Shown piece after piece: positions 11,100 to 19,869 of a stretch of DNA of 28,296 nt. Position 1 is the stretch's first letter. Each line of letters opens with the position of its first letter. A program made the position numbers and the translations under genes. Source of the stretch: Octopus sinensis (taxonomy: Eukaryota); assembly GCF_006345805.1 (NCBI RefSeq), contig NW_021827565.1, positions 1 to 28,296 on the forward strand, written 5' to 3'. The notes beneath the pieces are model-generated. The model did not search any database and was not told where the DNA came from. It saw only the letters and a program-made list of their open reading frames with translations.

Positions 11100-11306
11100 T
11101 TTCTTTTATTCTTTTATTCGTTTCAGTCATTTTGACTGCAGCCATGCTGGAGCACTGCCATTAGTCGAGCAAATCGACCCCAATACTTATTCTTTGTAAG
11201 CCTAGTACTTATTCTATTGGTCTCTTACGCCAAACCGTTAAGTTACGGGGACATAAACACACCAGCATCGATGTCAAGCAATGTTGGGGGACATACACAC
11301 AAACAT
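11100..11306 (-). mobile_element. 3' half of a tRNA-derived SINE (5' half at 12955-13098)
   Basis: Colinear with 13163-13370 of the intact family member; (TTCTTTTA)n tail on the + strand. Confidence 0.85.
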
Positions 11307-12954
11307 AGGCAAAGTTTCAAGTGTGGAGACAAGGATTAGAATCGAAGGGCCTTAGAATCAACCTAGCTAAACCCAAAGTCCTAATATGTAGGAAGGCAGG
11401 CAAACCACAAATCCCTTCAGGTAGATGGCCCTGCTCAATCTGTAGTAGAGGCGTAGGTAAAAACTCTATAAGATGTACCCAGTGTAAGCTATGGACACAT
11501 AAGAGGTGCAGTCATATCAAAGGGAGGCTAACTGGGAAGAAAGTTTTTGTATGTGGCAGATGCTCGGAAGCAATAAACACTGAAAATGCTCAGAGACCAA
11601 CTTCCGCCTCATTCCAGGGAGAAAAGCTAAAAGTAGTAGATAGCTTCCGTTACCTAGGGGACCAAGTCAGTAGTGGAGGTGGGTGCGCTGAAAGTGTAGC
11701 TGCTAGAATAAGAATAGCTTGGGCTCTTACCTCTGCTGGCGACAAAGGGCCTCTCGCTTAGAGTAAAAGGTAGACTGTATAACGCTTGTGTATGAACAGC
11801 CATGTTACATGGCAGTGAAACATGGGCTGTGACTGCTGAGGACATGCGTAAGCTCACAAGGAATGAAGCCAGTATGATCCGATGGATGTGTAATGTCAGT
11901 GTTCATACTCAACTGAGTAAGTACCTTGAGAGAAAAGTTGGACTTACGAAGCATCAGATGTGGTGTGCAAGAGAGACAACTGCGCTGGTATGCTCATGTG
12001 GCGAGAATGGATGAGGACAGCTGTGTGAAAAAGTTCCACACCCTAGCAGTTGAGGTAACCTGTGGAAGAAGTAGACCCAGGAAGACCTGGGATGAAGTGG
12101 TGAAGCATGACCTTCGAACTTTAGGCCTCACCAAAGAAATGACTGGTGACCGAGACCTTTGGAAATATGCATAACCTTTTCCTTCTTTGGTCACTAAAAC
12201 TCTGCTTGGGAAGACCTGTTGAGGCAAGTGAAATCAAATCAATCAAAGCAAAATCAAATTTGATGACTGGCGTCCATGCTGGCAAGGTGCAAAGAGCACC
12301 ATACGAGCATGATCATTGACAGCGCAGTTAACCAGCTTCTGTGCCTGTGGCACTTAAAGGGCACCATTCGAGCGTGATCGTTACCAGTGTTGCCTTACTG
12401 GCACTTGTGCTCGTGCTAGTAGGGTGCCAAGAGCACCAACTGAGTGTGATCGTTGCCAGAGCAGCCAACTGGCTTCCGTGTCAGTGGCACGTAAAAGGGC
12501 ACCATTCGAGCGTGATCGTTACCAAAGTCACCTTACTGGCACCTGTGCTGGTGGCATGTGTAAAAAGGATTCGAGTGAGGTCATTGCCAGTACCACCTGA
12601 CTGGCCCCTGCCAGAGCAGCCAACTGGCTTCCGTGCCAGTGGCATATAAAAGGGCAACATTCAAGCGTGATCATTACCAAAGTTGCCTTACTGGCACCTG
12701 TGCTGGTGGCATGTGTAAAAGGATTCGAGTGAGGTCGTTGCCAGTACCGCATAACTGGCCCCTGTGCCGGTGGCACGTAAAAAGCACCCACTACACTCTT
12801 GGAGTGGTTGGCATTAGGAAGGGCATCCAGCTGTAGAAACTCTGCCAAATAAAGATTGGAGCCTGGTGCAACCATCTGGTTCGCCAGCCCTCAGTCAAAA
12901 TCGTCCAACCTATGCTAGCATGGAAGGCGGACGTTAAACGATGATGATGATGAT
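11307..12954 (+). mobile_element. 5'-truncated RTE-clade LINE (end of ORF plus long 3' UTR, (GAT)n tail)
   Basis: GLRINLAKPKV, VVDSFRYLGD, MLHGSETWAVT, RWYAHVARMDEDS and RSRPRKTWDEVVKHDL are typical RTE C-terminal motifs. Frameshifted. Ends GGACGTTAAAC(GAT)5 at 12954. Confidence 0.9.
12455..12764 (+). repeat. 155-bp tandem duplication in the RTE 3' UTR
   Basis: GCCAGAGCAGCCAACTGGCTTCCGTG starts at 12455 and 12610; both copies end CTGGCCCCTG. Confidence 0.9.
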
Positions 12955-13098
12955 ATACGTCAGGCTTCTTTCAGTTTCTGTCAAGCAAATCCACTCACAA
13001 GGCTTTGGTCGGCCCAAAGTTATAGTAGAAGACACTTGCCCAAGATACCACGCAATGGGACTGAACCTGGAACCATGTGGTTGGTTACTCCTGCGCCT
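12955..13098 (-). mobile_element. 5' half (tRNA head, A-box region deleted) of the SINE split by the RTE
   Basis: Colinear with 13405-13566. Minus strand reads AGGCGCAGGAGT...GGTTCAGTCCC...TTGGGCAAGTGTCTTC. Confidence 0.85.
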
Positions 13099-13162
13099 AT
13101 AATAAAATTTAAGCCTATTTAAGTAATCAGATGTTTTCTTTGTTTTATTTTTTGGCAAAATT

Positions 13163-13363
13163 ATCTTATTCTTTTATTTGTTTCAGTCATTTTACTGCAG
13201 TCATACTGGAACACCACCTTTAGTTGAACAAATCAGTCCCAGGACTTATTCTTTGTAAACCTAGTACTTATTCTATCAGTCTCTTTTGCCGAACTGCTAA
13301 GTTATGGAGATGTAAACTTACCAACATCAGTTGTCAAGTGATGGTGGGGGGACAGACAGACAG

Positions 13364-13394
<31 letters not shown>

Positions 13395-13566
13395 CACACA
13401 CACGATGGATTCCATTCAGTTTCCGTCTACCAAATCCACTCACAAGTCTTTGGTTGCCCTGAGGCTATAGTAGAAGACACTTGCCCAAGGTGCCATGCAG
13501 TGGGACTGAACCTGAAACCATGTGGTTGGTAAGCAAGCTATTTACCACACAGCCACTCCTGCACCT
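13163..13566 (-). mobile_element. Full-length tRNA-derived SINE with central microsatellite and LINE-like 3' tail
   Basis: A-box-like TGGCTGTGTGGTAA (13555-13542) and B-box-like GGTTCAGTCCC (13512-13502). CCTTGGGCAAGTG resembles the CORE-SINE motif. Central (CA/TA) tract. Tail shared with the LINE at 2544-2584. Confidence 0.88.
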
Positions 13567-13850
13567 TACTTCACTTTTAAAATTTTAATTCTTAGCTAGT
13601 TAACTGTTTGTCAGTTCATTTTACTGTTAGGTAAGTCTAAGTTTCCCTCAAATAAATGCAAATGTCATACAGTTAATCGTAATGAAAGAAAATAAAGATC
13701 ATCTAACATTGTATTAATAAGTAAACAAATGTGAATCTCTCAAAAATCTTAAAACAATTTTTGTTTGGTACCATGTGAATTTATGATAAAACATCAGATT
13801 ATTTTCATTGAATTTTATATTTTAAGCTCTTTTGTTTTAGGCTTACTTTG

Positions 13851-14009
13851 TGGGTGAAAGATAGTTGATCAGTATTGAATGGCTTGGCTTATTTGAATAT
13901 TTTATTTAATTGGTAACCCATTCAAATATTTTTTCTTTTATTTTATTTTAGGCTTACTTCTTGTCCTATATTTTTCCAGGTTTATTAAATACTTAAGAAT
14001 ATTGTTATC
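13851..14009. repeat. Right arm of the ~170-bp inverted repeat
   Basis: Reverse complement of 10773-10946. An extra copy of the AAGTAAGCCTAAAAYAAAAGAGCTTAAAATA block lies on the minus strand at ~13817-13849. Confidence 0.85.
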
Positions 14010-14573
14010 CCTTTTAGTATTTGCTATATAAGATCGAAACACTACTGGTGAATTCCGTCAAATATTTTGATGTGTCATCACTATGGGATCTGTCTCAAAT
14101 GAGTATGGCAGAAATGTGATGATGCAAAAATTATAGATTCTAATGTTTTCAGTGACCTGAATCCTCTAGCTGCCAAGTCTAGTCTCTTAAACAAGTATAC
14201 ATGGTTCTACATAAGTCTCTTTGGAAGTTGGTGTAAACATTACCTTAGTTCTCTTTGAGCTTAATGTAAGTCCAAAAACAAGCATTTCATTATTTTCTGA
14301 ATATCTTTTTCTAAGTGATCCACAAGATTATAATCATTAGCATACAACAAATCGAGTAAATATTGTAGTCTTTGATTTAGCTTTGAAATTATTTCGATTA
14401 AACAGTACACCTGTTGTCTGATAGCTCATAGTTTTTAAATGCATAAGAAATTACAATTGCACAATGTACGAAGAAGAAAGTTGGTGTAGGTATATATTAA
14501 GGTTGGAATTTGTACCAACAGAGTAACATATATTGAAGCAGGCCTTCATACCTTGTGTAGGTGGACAAACCTA

Positions 14574-14901
14574 TGAGGGACGTTCAATAAGTAATGCCCC
14601 TGACCCACTTGCAGTTGTTTGATCTAGCTGAAATTTTGCATGTGCAATTATTTATATCTCTATAGATTAAGTGGCAAATTACAGCTCTGAACTAATTGTG
14701 GTTTCTGATTTACAGGTGTTTGAACTGAGTCAAGTGTGAAATAGAGCCTGTTGAGTGTCGAGCAGTGATCAGGTTTTTGTATTTGAAAGGACGCATACCA
14801 CGGGAAACTTTTAATGAAGTAAAAGTAACTTATGGTGATGATGCCCCATCATATGACCTTGTAAAACGCTGGCATTGTGAATTCAAACATGGTCGGAACT
14901 C
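14574..14901 (+). mobile_element. 5' fragment of the same mariner family
   Basis: TA|TGAGGGACGTTCAATAAGTAATGCCCCTG. Near-identical to the reverse complement of ~6548-6875. Start codon mutated to ATA; truncated after GGTCGGAACTC. Confidence 0.95.
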
Positions 14902-14966
14902 GTGGTCGGAGGATCGCTGTTTCGATTCCCAGACCGGGCATTGTGTGTGTTTATTAAGCAAAAACA
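14898..14966 (+). mobile_element. tRNA-SINE fragment (B-box region)
   Basis: ACTCGTGGTCGGAGGATCGCTGTTTCGATTCCCAGACCGGGC matches the minus-strand SINE at 15146-15187. Confidence 0.75.
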
Positions 14967-14970
14967 TATG

Positions 14971-15007
<37 letters not shown>

Positions 15008-15063
15008 ATATATATATGTATATATATATATATATGTGTGTATATATGTGTGTGTATGTATAT
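14967..15063. repeat. (TA)n/(TG)n microsatellite
   Basis: Direct reading. Confidence 0.95.
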
Positions 15064-15220
15064 ATCACCGTAACAGACTGGCTAAGCGAGCAGGCCAACA
15101 GAAGAGTGAGAGAAAGTTGTGGCGAAAGAGTACAGCAGGTACAAGGCCTGGTCTGGGAATCGAAACCGTGATCCTCTGACCACGAGTCCGCTGCCTAACC
15201 ACTGGGCCACTGCGCCTCCA
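15064..15220 (-). mobile_element. tRNA-derived SINE, shortened
   Basis: Minus strand TGGAGGCGCAGTGGCCCAGTGGTTAGG (A box) ... GGTTTCGATTCCC (B box). Confidence 0.8.
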
Positions 15221-15226
15221 CACACC

Positions 15227-15275
<49 letters not shown>

Positions 15276-15797
15276 ATATATATGTATATTTGTGTATATA
15301 TGTATTTGTGTATATATGTATATGTGTATATATATGTATGTATATGTACATATATATATATACATATGTATATATATATATATACATGTATATGTATATA
15401 TATTTGTATATGTATATATATTTGTATATGTATATATATATATATATGTATATATATGTATATATATATATGTATATATGTATGTATATATATGTTTATA
15501 TATATATATATATACATGTATATGTGTATATATATATATATACATGTATATGTGTATATATATATATATATACATGTATATGTATATATATATATACATG
15601 TATATGTGTATATATATACATGTTTATATATGGGTATGTATATATATTTACATGTATTTGTATATATATGTATATATATATATGTATTTGTATATATATA
15701 TGTATGTATATATATATACATGTGTGTGTGTGTGTATATATATATATGTGTTTGTGTGTGTGTATATATATATGTGTGTGTATATATATATATATAT
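15221..15797. repeat. Long compound (TA)n/(TATG)n/(TG)n microsatellite
   Basis: Direct reading; source of the Y/I/M/C-rich pseudo-ORFs. Confidence 0.97.
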
Positions 15798-16005
15798 AAG
15801 AGATATAGGTGTCATTGAGACCCAAAACTGTCAGATAATGCTGAATAAGTGCGATAGACAGACCATAGTTAAGGTCCAGATTCGGTAATTTTTCGAATAA
15901 ATGGTTCAACGTTGGTTCTATGTCAGCGTGTGAATATAAGAATTTTTTGTGTGATAAGATAAAAAACCAAGGCTGTGTAGATATTAGAGCATTTATAGAT
16001 AGAAT

Positions 16006-16057
16006 GTCTTACAGCTGTTTCTAGGATATTTATTAATTATGTCCCTTCATCGGAGAC
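16006..16057 (-). ncRNA. Minimal type I hammerhead ribozyme variant
   Basis: Minus strand GTCT-CCGATGA-A-GGGA...TCCTA-GAA-ACAGCTGT-A-AGAC. Stem I GTCT/AGAC, palindromic stem III ACAGCTGT, GUA site. Deviations: U4C core change and an imperfect base of stem II. Confidence 0.65.
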
Positions 16058-16595
16058 GGTGTGAGAGGATAGTTAAATCATAGTTAGTTTAGATGTCATA
16101 CAAAACACTGAGTAATGTGGAGGAAATAAATGCAAGATATGTATGGGTATTGAAGTTTTAGATCTATTTTTAGGCACAATGGTATATCTGCAATATTCCA
16201 ATATCCTATGAATAATGTCCAAAAGTCCAACAGAGTTTTAAATGGGTCCTTCCAAATATAGAGATTATACGCAATGTAATATTCCCTTATGAGTGAGATC
16301 CAGCAGATTTTTAAACTTGTCCCTTCATCGGAGACGGTGTGAGAGGATAGTTAAATCATAGTTAGTTTAGATGTCATACAAAACACTGAGTAATGTGGAG
16401 GAAATAAATGCAAGATATGTATGGGTATTGAAGTTTTAGATCTATTTTTAGGCACAATGGTATATCTGCAATATTCCAATATCCTATGAATAATGTCCAA
16501 AAGTCCAACAGAGTTTTAAATGGGTCCTTCCAAATATAGAGATTATACGCAATGTAATATTCCCTTATGAGTGAGATCCAGCAGATTTTTAAACT
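16040..16595. repeat. Perfect 278-bp tandem duplication
   Basis: 16040-16317 and 16318-16595 read identical by eye, with TG microhomology at the junction. Confidence 0.95.
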
Positions 16596-17439
16596 TGGTC
16601 ATTCCCAGTAGAGAATTTATATATAGTGTTGCAGAGTCAAAGGTTTTTATTTAAAGTGACCTAAAAACAGAGAGTGTATTAGTAAGGTCAAATCGAAAAC
16701 AGGAAGAGGGGAATGAAGAAAGAGAAAAATAAGGAAGAGAGAAAAAGGAGAAGAAAGTAAGATTTATAAAATAATAACAAAATAATAAAAAATAACCCCC
16801 CCCCCCGAAGAGAGGGATAAAGGGAATAAAGAAAAAAGAAAAATGAAGATGTAGGTCAGTCAGTGGTCAGTAGAGATAATTTGAAAATAGGAGTGGGGAT
16901 ATGAAGGGTGAAAGAGAGAGAAAGGTATTATAGTGTAAAAAGATAGAAGGAATGGGGGTGGGGCGGAGAAGCGGTAAAGGAATGACTCTAGTAGTAGAGT
17001 CTAAGTGTAGGGGCAGAGAAGGGTTAGTAGTGAAGAATTAAGGAATTTTTTGTTTAGCAGTTCGGTGCTTAGTAATATGAGAAAATATATATGTGAAGAT
17101 GTATATACATGTATATATCAAACAAGTTACGCATACAATCCTTACTCGCATGCATATGAACTCATGCACGCTCACTTATACGTTCATTTGCATGTATCAT
17201 CGCCCGTGTATATGCAGATATATATACCTTATTTACACATACCCACATACATATATGCATACCCTCACTCATACATATACACGCACACATGGGTGTATGC
17301 ACATACATACGAGTACAATCAGATGTGAGGAACTAGATAGGGATTAGGAGTGTAGATTTATAAGGTTATTCGGATTACCTAAGGAGTATTGTGGAAATGT
17401 ACTGTATGGTCATTCTGGCATTTGGATTTGTTGTAGAAT

Positions 17440-17835
17440 TTAAATGTGATAAAAGCGGTGGTTGCATGTGCTTAGTGTTTCGTTATGTTTATTTAGCAGT
17501 GTTGGAGAGTTGTGCTTTAATATGGTGAGTGCCTCCATCAGGCAAAGCTTGCAGGTTGAGCGTTGACCTCGGTAGGGAAGTCCTGAGTCCAGCATGGACC
17601 ATGATAGAGTATAGGGTATATCTGCATTTTTGAGATGATGTATGTGGTTGGCAAGTGTTGTAGATTTACTATGTTTATCGTATCTAAAAGAATGGAGATG
17701 AGTGGCATACCGTTGCTTAAAGTTTTTTGTTGATCCTATGTATATGGCTGTAGTGTTCTGTAATAGATTAAGGACCGCGCATTTGTAAATTACATTATAT
17801 CTTCTGCAATGGTTTTGTAACGGGCAGGAGGTTAA
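17440..17835 (-). pseudogene. Penelope-type GIY-YIG endonuclease domain (no ATG, so absent from the ORF track)
   Basis: Hand translation: SCPLQNHCRRYNVIYKCAVLNLLQNTTAIYIGSTKNFKQRYATHLHSFRYDKHSKSTTLANHIHHLKNADIPYTLSWSMLDSGLPYRGQRSTCKLCLMEALTILKHNSPTLLNKHNETLSTCNHRFYHI*. Contains VIY...YIG, R, E and LN motifs plus the CPL..C, CxxC and CxH motifs of PLE endonucleases. Confidence 0.88.
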
Positions 17836-17987
17836 TTACAATTAGGTGAATGTTTGAGACCGTGTTCGGTAATAGAGGAGGTTGTATCGTTAAGAGAGAG
17901 GTTATACAAGGGGGTGAAAATTTATAAATTAGATAATGGTTCATTATTTACAACTGATGGATATTTGTCCTCATCTTGTTTGTTGTT

Positions 17988-18030
17988 AACACGTTTCGGC
18001 TGATATACCCTTCAGCCTTCATCAGGTGTC
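17988..18030 (-). ncRNA. Hammerhead ribozyme inside the SINE (3-nt deletion at the cleavage site)
   Basis: GACAC-CTGATGA-A-GGCTG(10-nt loop)CAGCC-GAA-ACGT-GTT; lacks 3 nt relative to the + copy. Confidence 0.7.
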
Positions 18031-18077
18031 TTTGGGAAATTTCGAACCTAGGTTCTCATTCCTAAGGTATTTTTCGA

Positions 18078-18079
<2 letters not shown>

Positions 18080-18113
<34 letters not shown>

Positions 18114-18153
18114 CATCATTATTATTATCATTATTATTATTATTATTATTATT
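18080..18153. repeat. (ATT)n microsatellite inside the SINE
   Basis: Direct reading. Confidence 0.95.
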
Positions 18154-18214
18154 CAGGTTACTGCCTGGAATCGAACTCGGAATCTTGGGCTTAGTAGCCC
18201 GTGCTCTTAACCAC

Positions 18215-18260
18215 TGCGCCTGATGAAGGCTGGAGGGTATATCAGCCGAAACGTTGTGTT
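18215..18260 (+). ncRNA. Hammerhead ribozyme in the inverted duplicate
   Basis: CTGATGA 18220-18226, GGCTG/CAGCC stem II, GAA 18248-18250, palindromic ACGT, GUU site at 18253-18255, then GTGTT. The 5' stem I strand is replaced by TGCGC, so pairing is only partial. Confidence 0.7.
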
Positions 18261-18339
18261 AACAACAAACACGATGGGGACAAATATCCGTCAATTCTAA
18301 ATAATGTAAATAATGAACCATTATCTAATTTATAAATTT
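18219..18339 (+). repeat. Inverted copy of the SINE's 3' end (pairs with 17918-18026)
   Basis: 5 substitutions plus 3-nt and 9-nt indels by eye. Confidence 0.92.
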
Positions 18340-18881
18340 GAATTTATTTAGTCTGTAGGCTTTTATAATGATATATAATAGTTTATATATATACATACAC
18401 ACATTTCGTTTTTGGGATTTGGTTTGCAAGATTCTTTATGTTGGTTCGTGTGTTGAAACATATTCTGTTGTGCCTGGGGAGAGACATTCTCTTTTAGTGC
18501 CTTATAATTTAACACACTCACCGGTAAAATTTCCATCTATTTCTTTTTTATTTTTCCAAAAGTTTCGTTGCGTCTTGAAAAGGTTGCAAAGAGAATGACT
18601 CTTCCCAAACACAGCAGTGTATATATATATATATATATAAACGTTTAGCATTCAGATTACTCTGTCAAATGTAATGCTTGTGTATTTAGCTTCAAGATTT
18701 TGATGATGCAACTGTATATTTTTAGAATGACACTGTAAAGCAGTTGTTTGAAACTGGATCTGGCCAGTTTGAACATAAAACAGGTTGAATATTTGGGTCT
18801 GATATAGCTGATTTAAACTTTATCCGAGCGGTAATCTAATATATTCGCTGTGTACGTCCGTTTGACTTGTTGTTTTTCCCA

Positions 18882-18883
<2 letters not shown>

Positions 18884-18957
<74 letters not shown>

Positions 18958-18990
18958 ATCTATCTATCATCTATCTATCATCTATCTATC

Positions 18991-19036
<46 letters not shown>
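18884..19036. repeat. (ATCT)n tetranucleotide microsatellite
   Basis: Direct reading. Confidence 0.97.
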
Positions 19037-19037
<1 letters not shown>

Positions 19038-19092
19038 AACACGGATGTGAGGTACTGCTTTAATGCCTTTTTTTGTTTGTTTTGTTGTCAAG

Positions 19093-19154
19093 TGCTCCGC
19101 TATAAAGGGTGTGATCACATTCATTGTCATCGACAAGTCATCGAGGTCAATGTG
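19093..19154 (+). other. Candidate 62-nt internal exon
   Basis: T-rich tract plus AG at 19091-19092 and a consensus GTG|GTAAGT donor at 19155. Two of three frames are open. Confidence 0.3.
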
Positions 19155-19388
19155 GTAAGTAAAAACTTGTTCTGAGTTTAAATATTTTCATGCATGAATA
19201 CGTATATTTATGAACGTGTGCGGGCTGTGTGCGTGTGCGCCAACATCAATCAGCAATATATTGTTGAACTTTTTCAAGAATATGATCACTTCCTTTTTAA
19301 ACAGAGACAAAGATTAACTCTCCAGCGCTACACAGCGACATAAAGAACAAGATAAAAATACTTAAGCAGAAATAAAGAAATGATACCA

Positions 19389-19869
19389 AACAAACAAATT
19401 GAAAGCAGTGAAAAGTCCCGCCTGAAAATAAAATTGTTGGAAATTGAAAAATGTCTGCAACTCTCCCATGAAAAAGAAAGAGCAGACAAAGAAGCCTGGG
19501 CTATAGATAACATAAAATCTAACCCCAGAGCTTTCTACAGGTATGCCAAAGAAACAGCTACGGTGCACTGTAGGATAGGGCCGCTCCTTGAAAAGAATGG
19601 CACACTCACAGGAAATCCAATGAGGATAAGTGAAATACTAAATGAGCAATTCAAGAGTGTTTTCACTCCACCCCTAGGGCATTTTCAAGTTAGCAATCCA
19701 ACTGACTTCTTTACCACTGCAGATATAAAATCAGAGGCAGCGATGATTGATTACATCAATATAAAGGAAGACGATGTAATAAAGGCTATAGATGAAATGA
19801 AAACAAACTCAGCTACTGGCCCGGATGGATTCCCAGCAATCCTTGTAAAAGTATGTAAGAGAGTCCTAG
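19389..19869 (+). mobile_element. Internal fragment of the same CR1/L2-group LINE family
   Basis: Aligns to ~546-1024 at high identity. Keeps the frame AKETATVHCRIGPLLEKNG...ATGPDGFPAIL that is broken in the first copy. Confidence 0.93.

Larger units (their letters stand above)
15800..17917 (-). mobile_element. 5'-truncated Penelope-like element (GIY-YIG end, long 3' region, hammerhead); outer boundary uncertain
   Basis: GIY-YIG frame at 17835-17440 and a same-strand PLE-type hammerhead at 16057-16006. No RT remains. Confidence 0.7.
17918..18220 (-). mobile_element. tRNA-headed SINE-like element with internal (AAT)n and a hammerhead in its 3' part
   Basis: Minus strand GGCGCAGTGGTTAAGAGC (A box) ... 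GAGTTCGATTCC (B box) ... (AAT)n ... GACACCTGATGAAGGCTG...CAGCCGAAACGT. The first T4 run on this strand is at 17920-17917. Confidence 0.8.

Noticed and set aside
14883-15909. Many long ORFs of Y/I/M/C/H/T
   Set aside because: Translations of the TA/TATG microsatellite, which lacks stops in several frames.
16600-17340. Purine-rich and CATA-rich stretches with short ORFs
   Set aside because: Low-complexity sequence within the presumed PLE 3' region; no recognisable protein.
13163-18220. Functional tRNA genes at the A/B-box sites
   Set aside because: Heads do not fold into complete cloverleafs and run into SINE bodies, so they are called SINEs.
18375-18625. Possible further PLE-type fragment with GAAGAGTC...GACGCAACGAAAC on the minus strand
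   Set aside because: No CTGA start and no stems; cannot be supported from this window alone.
18640-18820. Possible decayed TTAA-type MITE (TTTAGCATTCAGATT...)
   Set aside because: No matching second TIR or TSD is visible.
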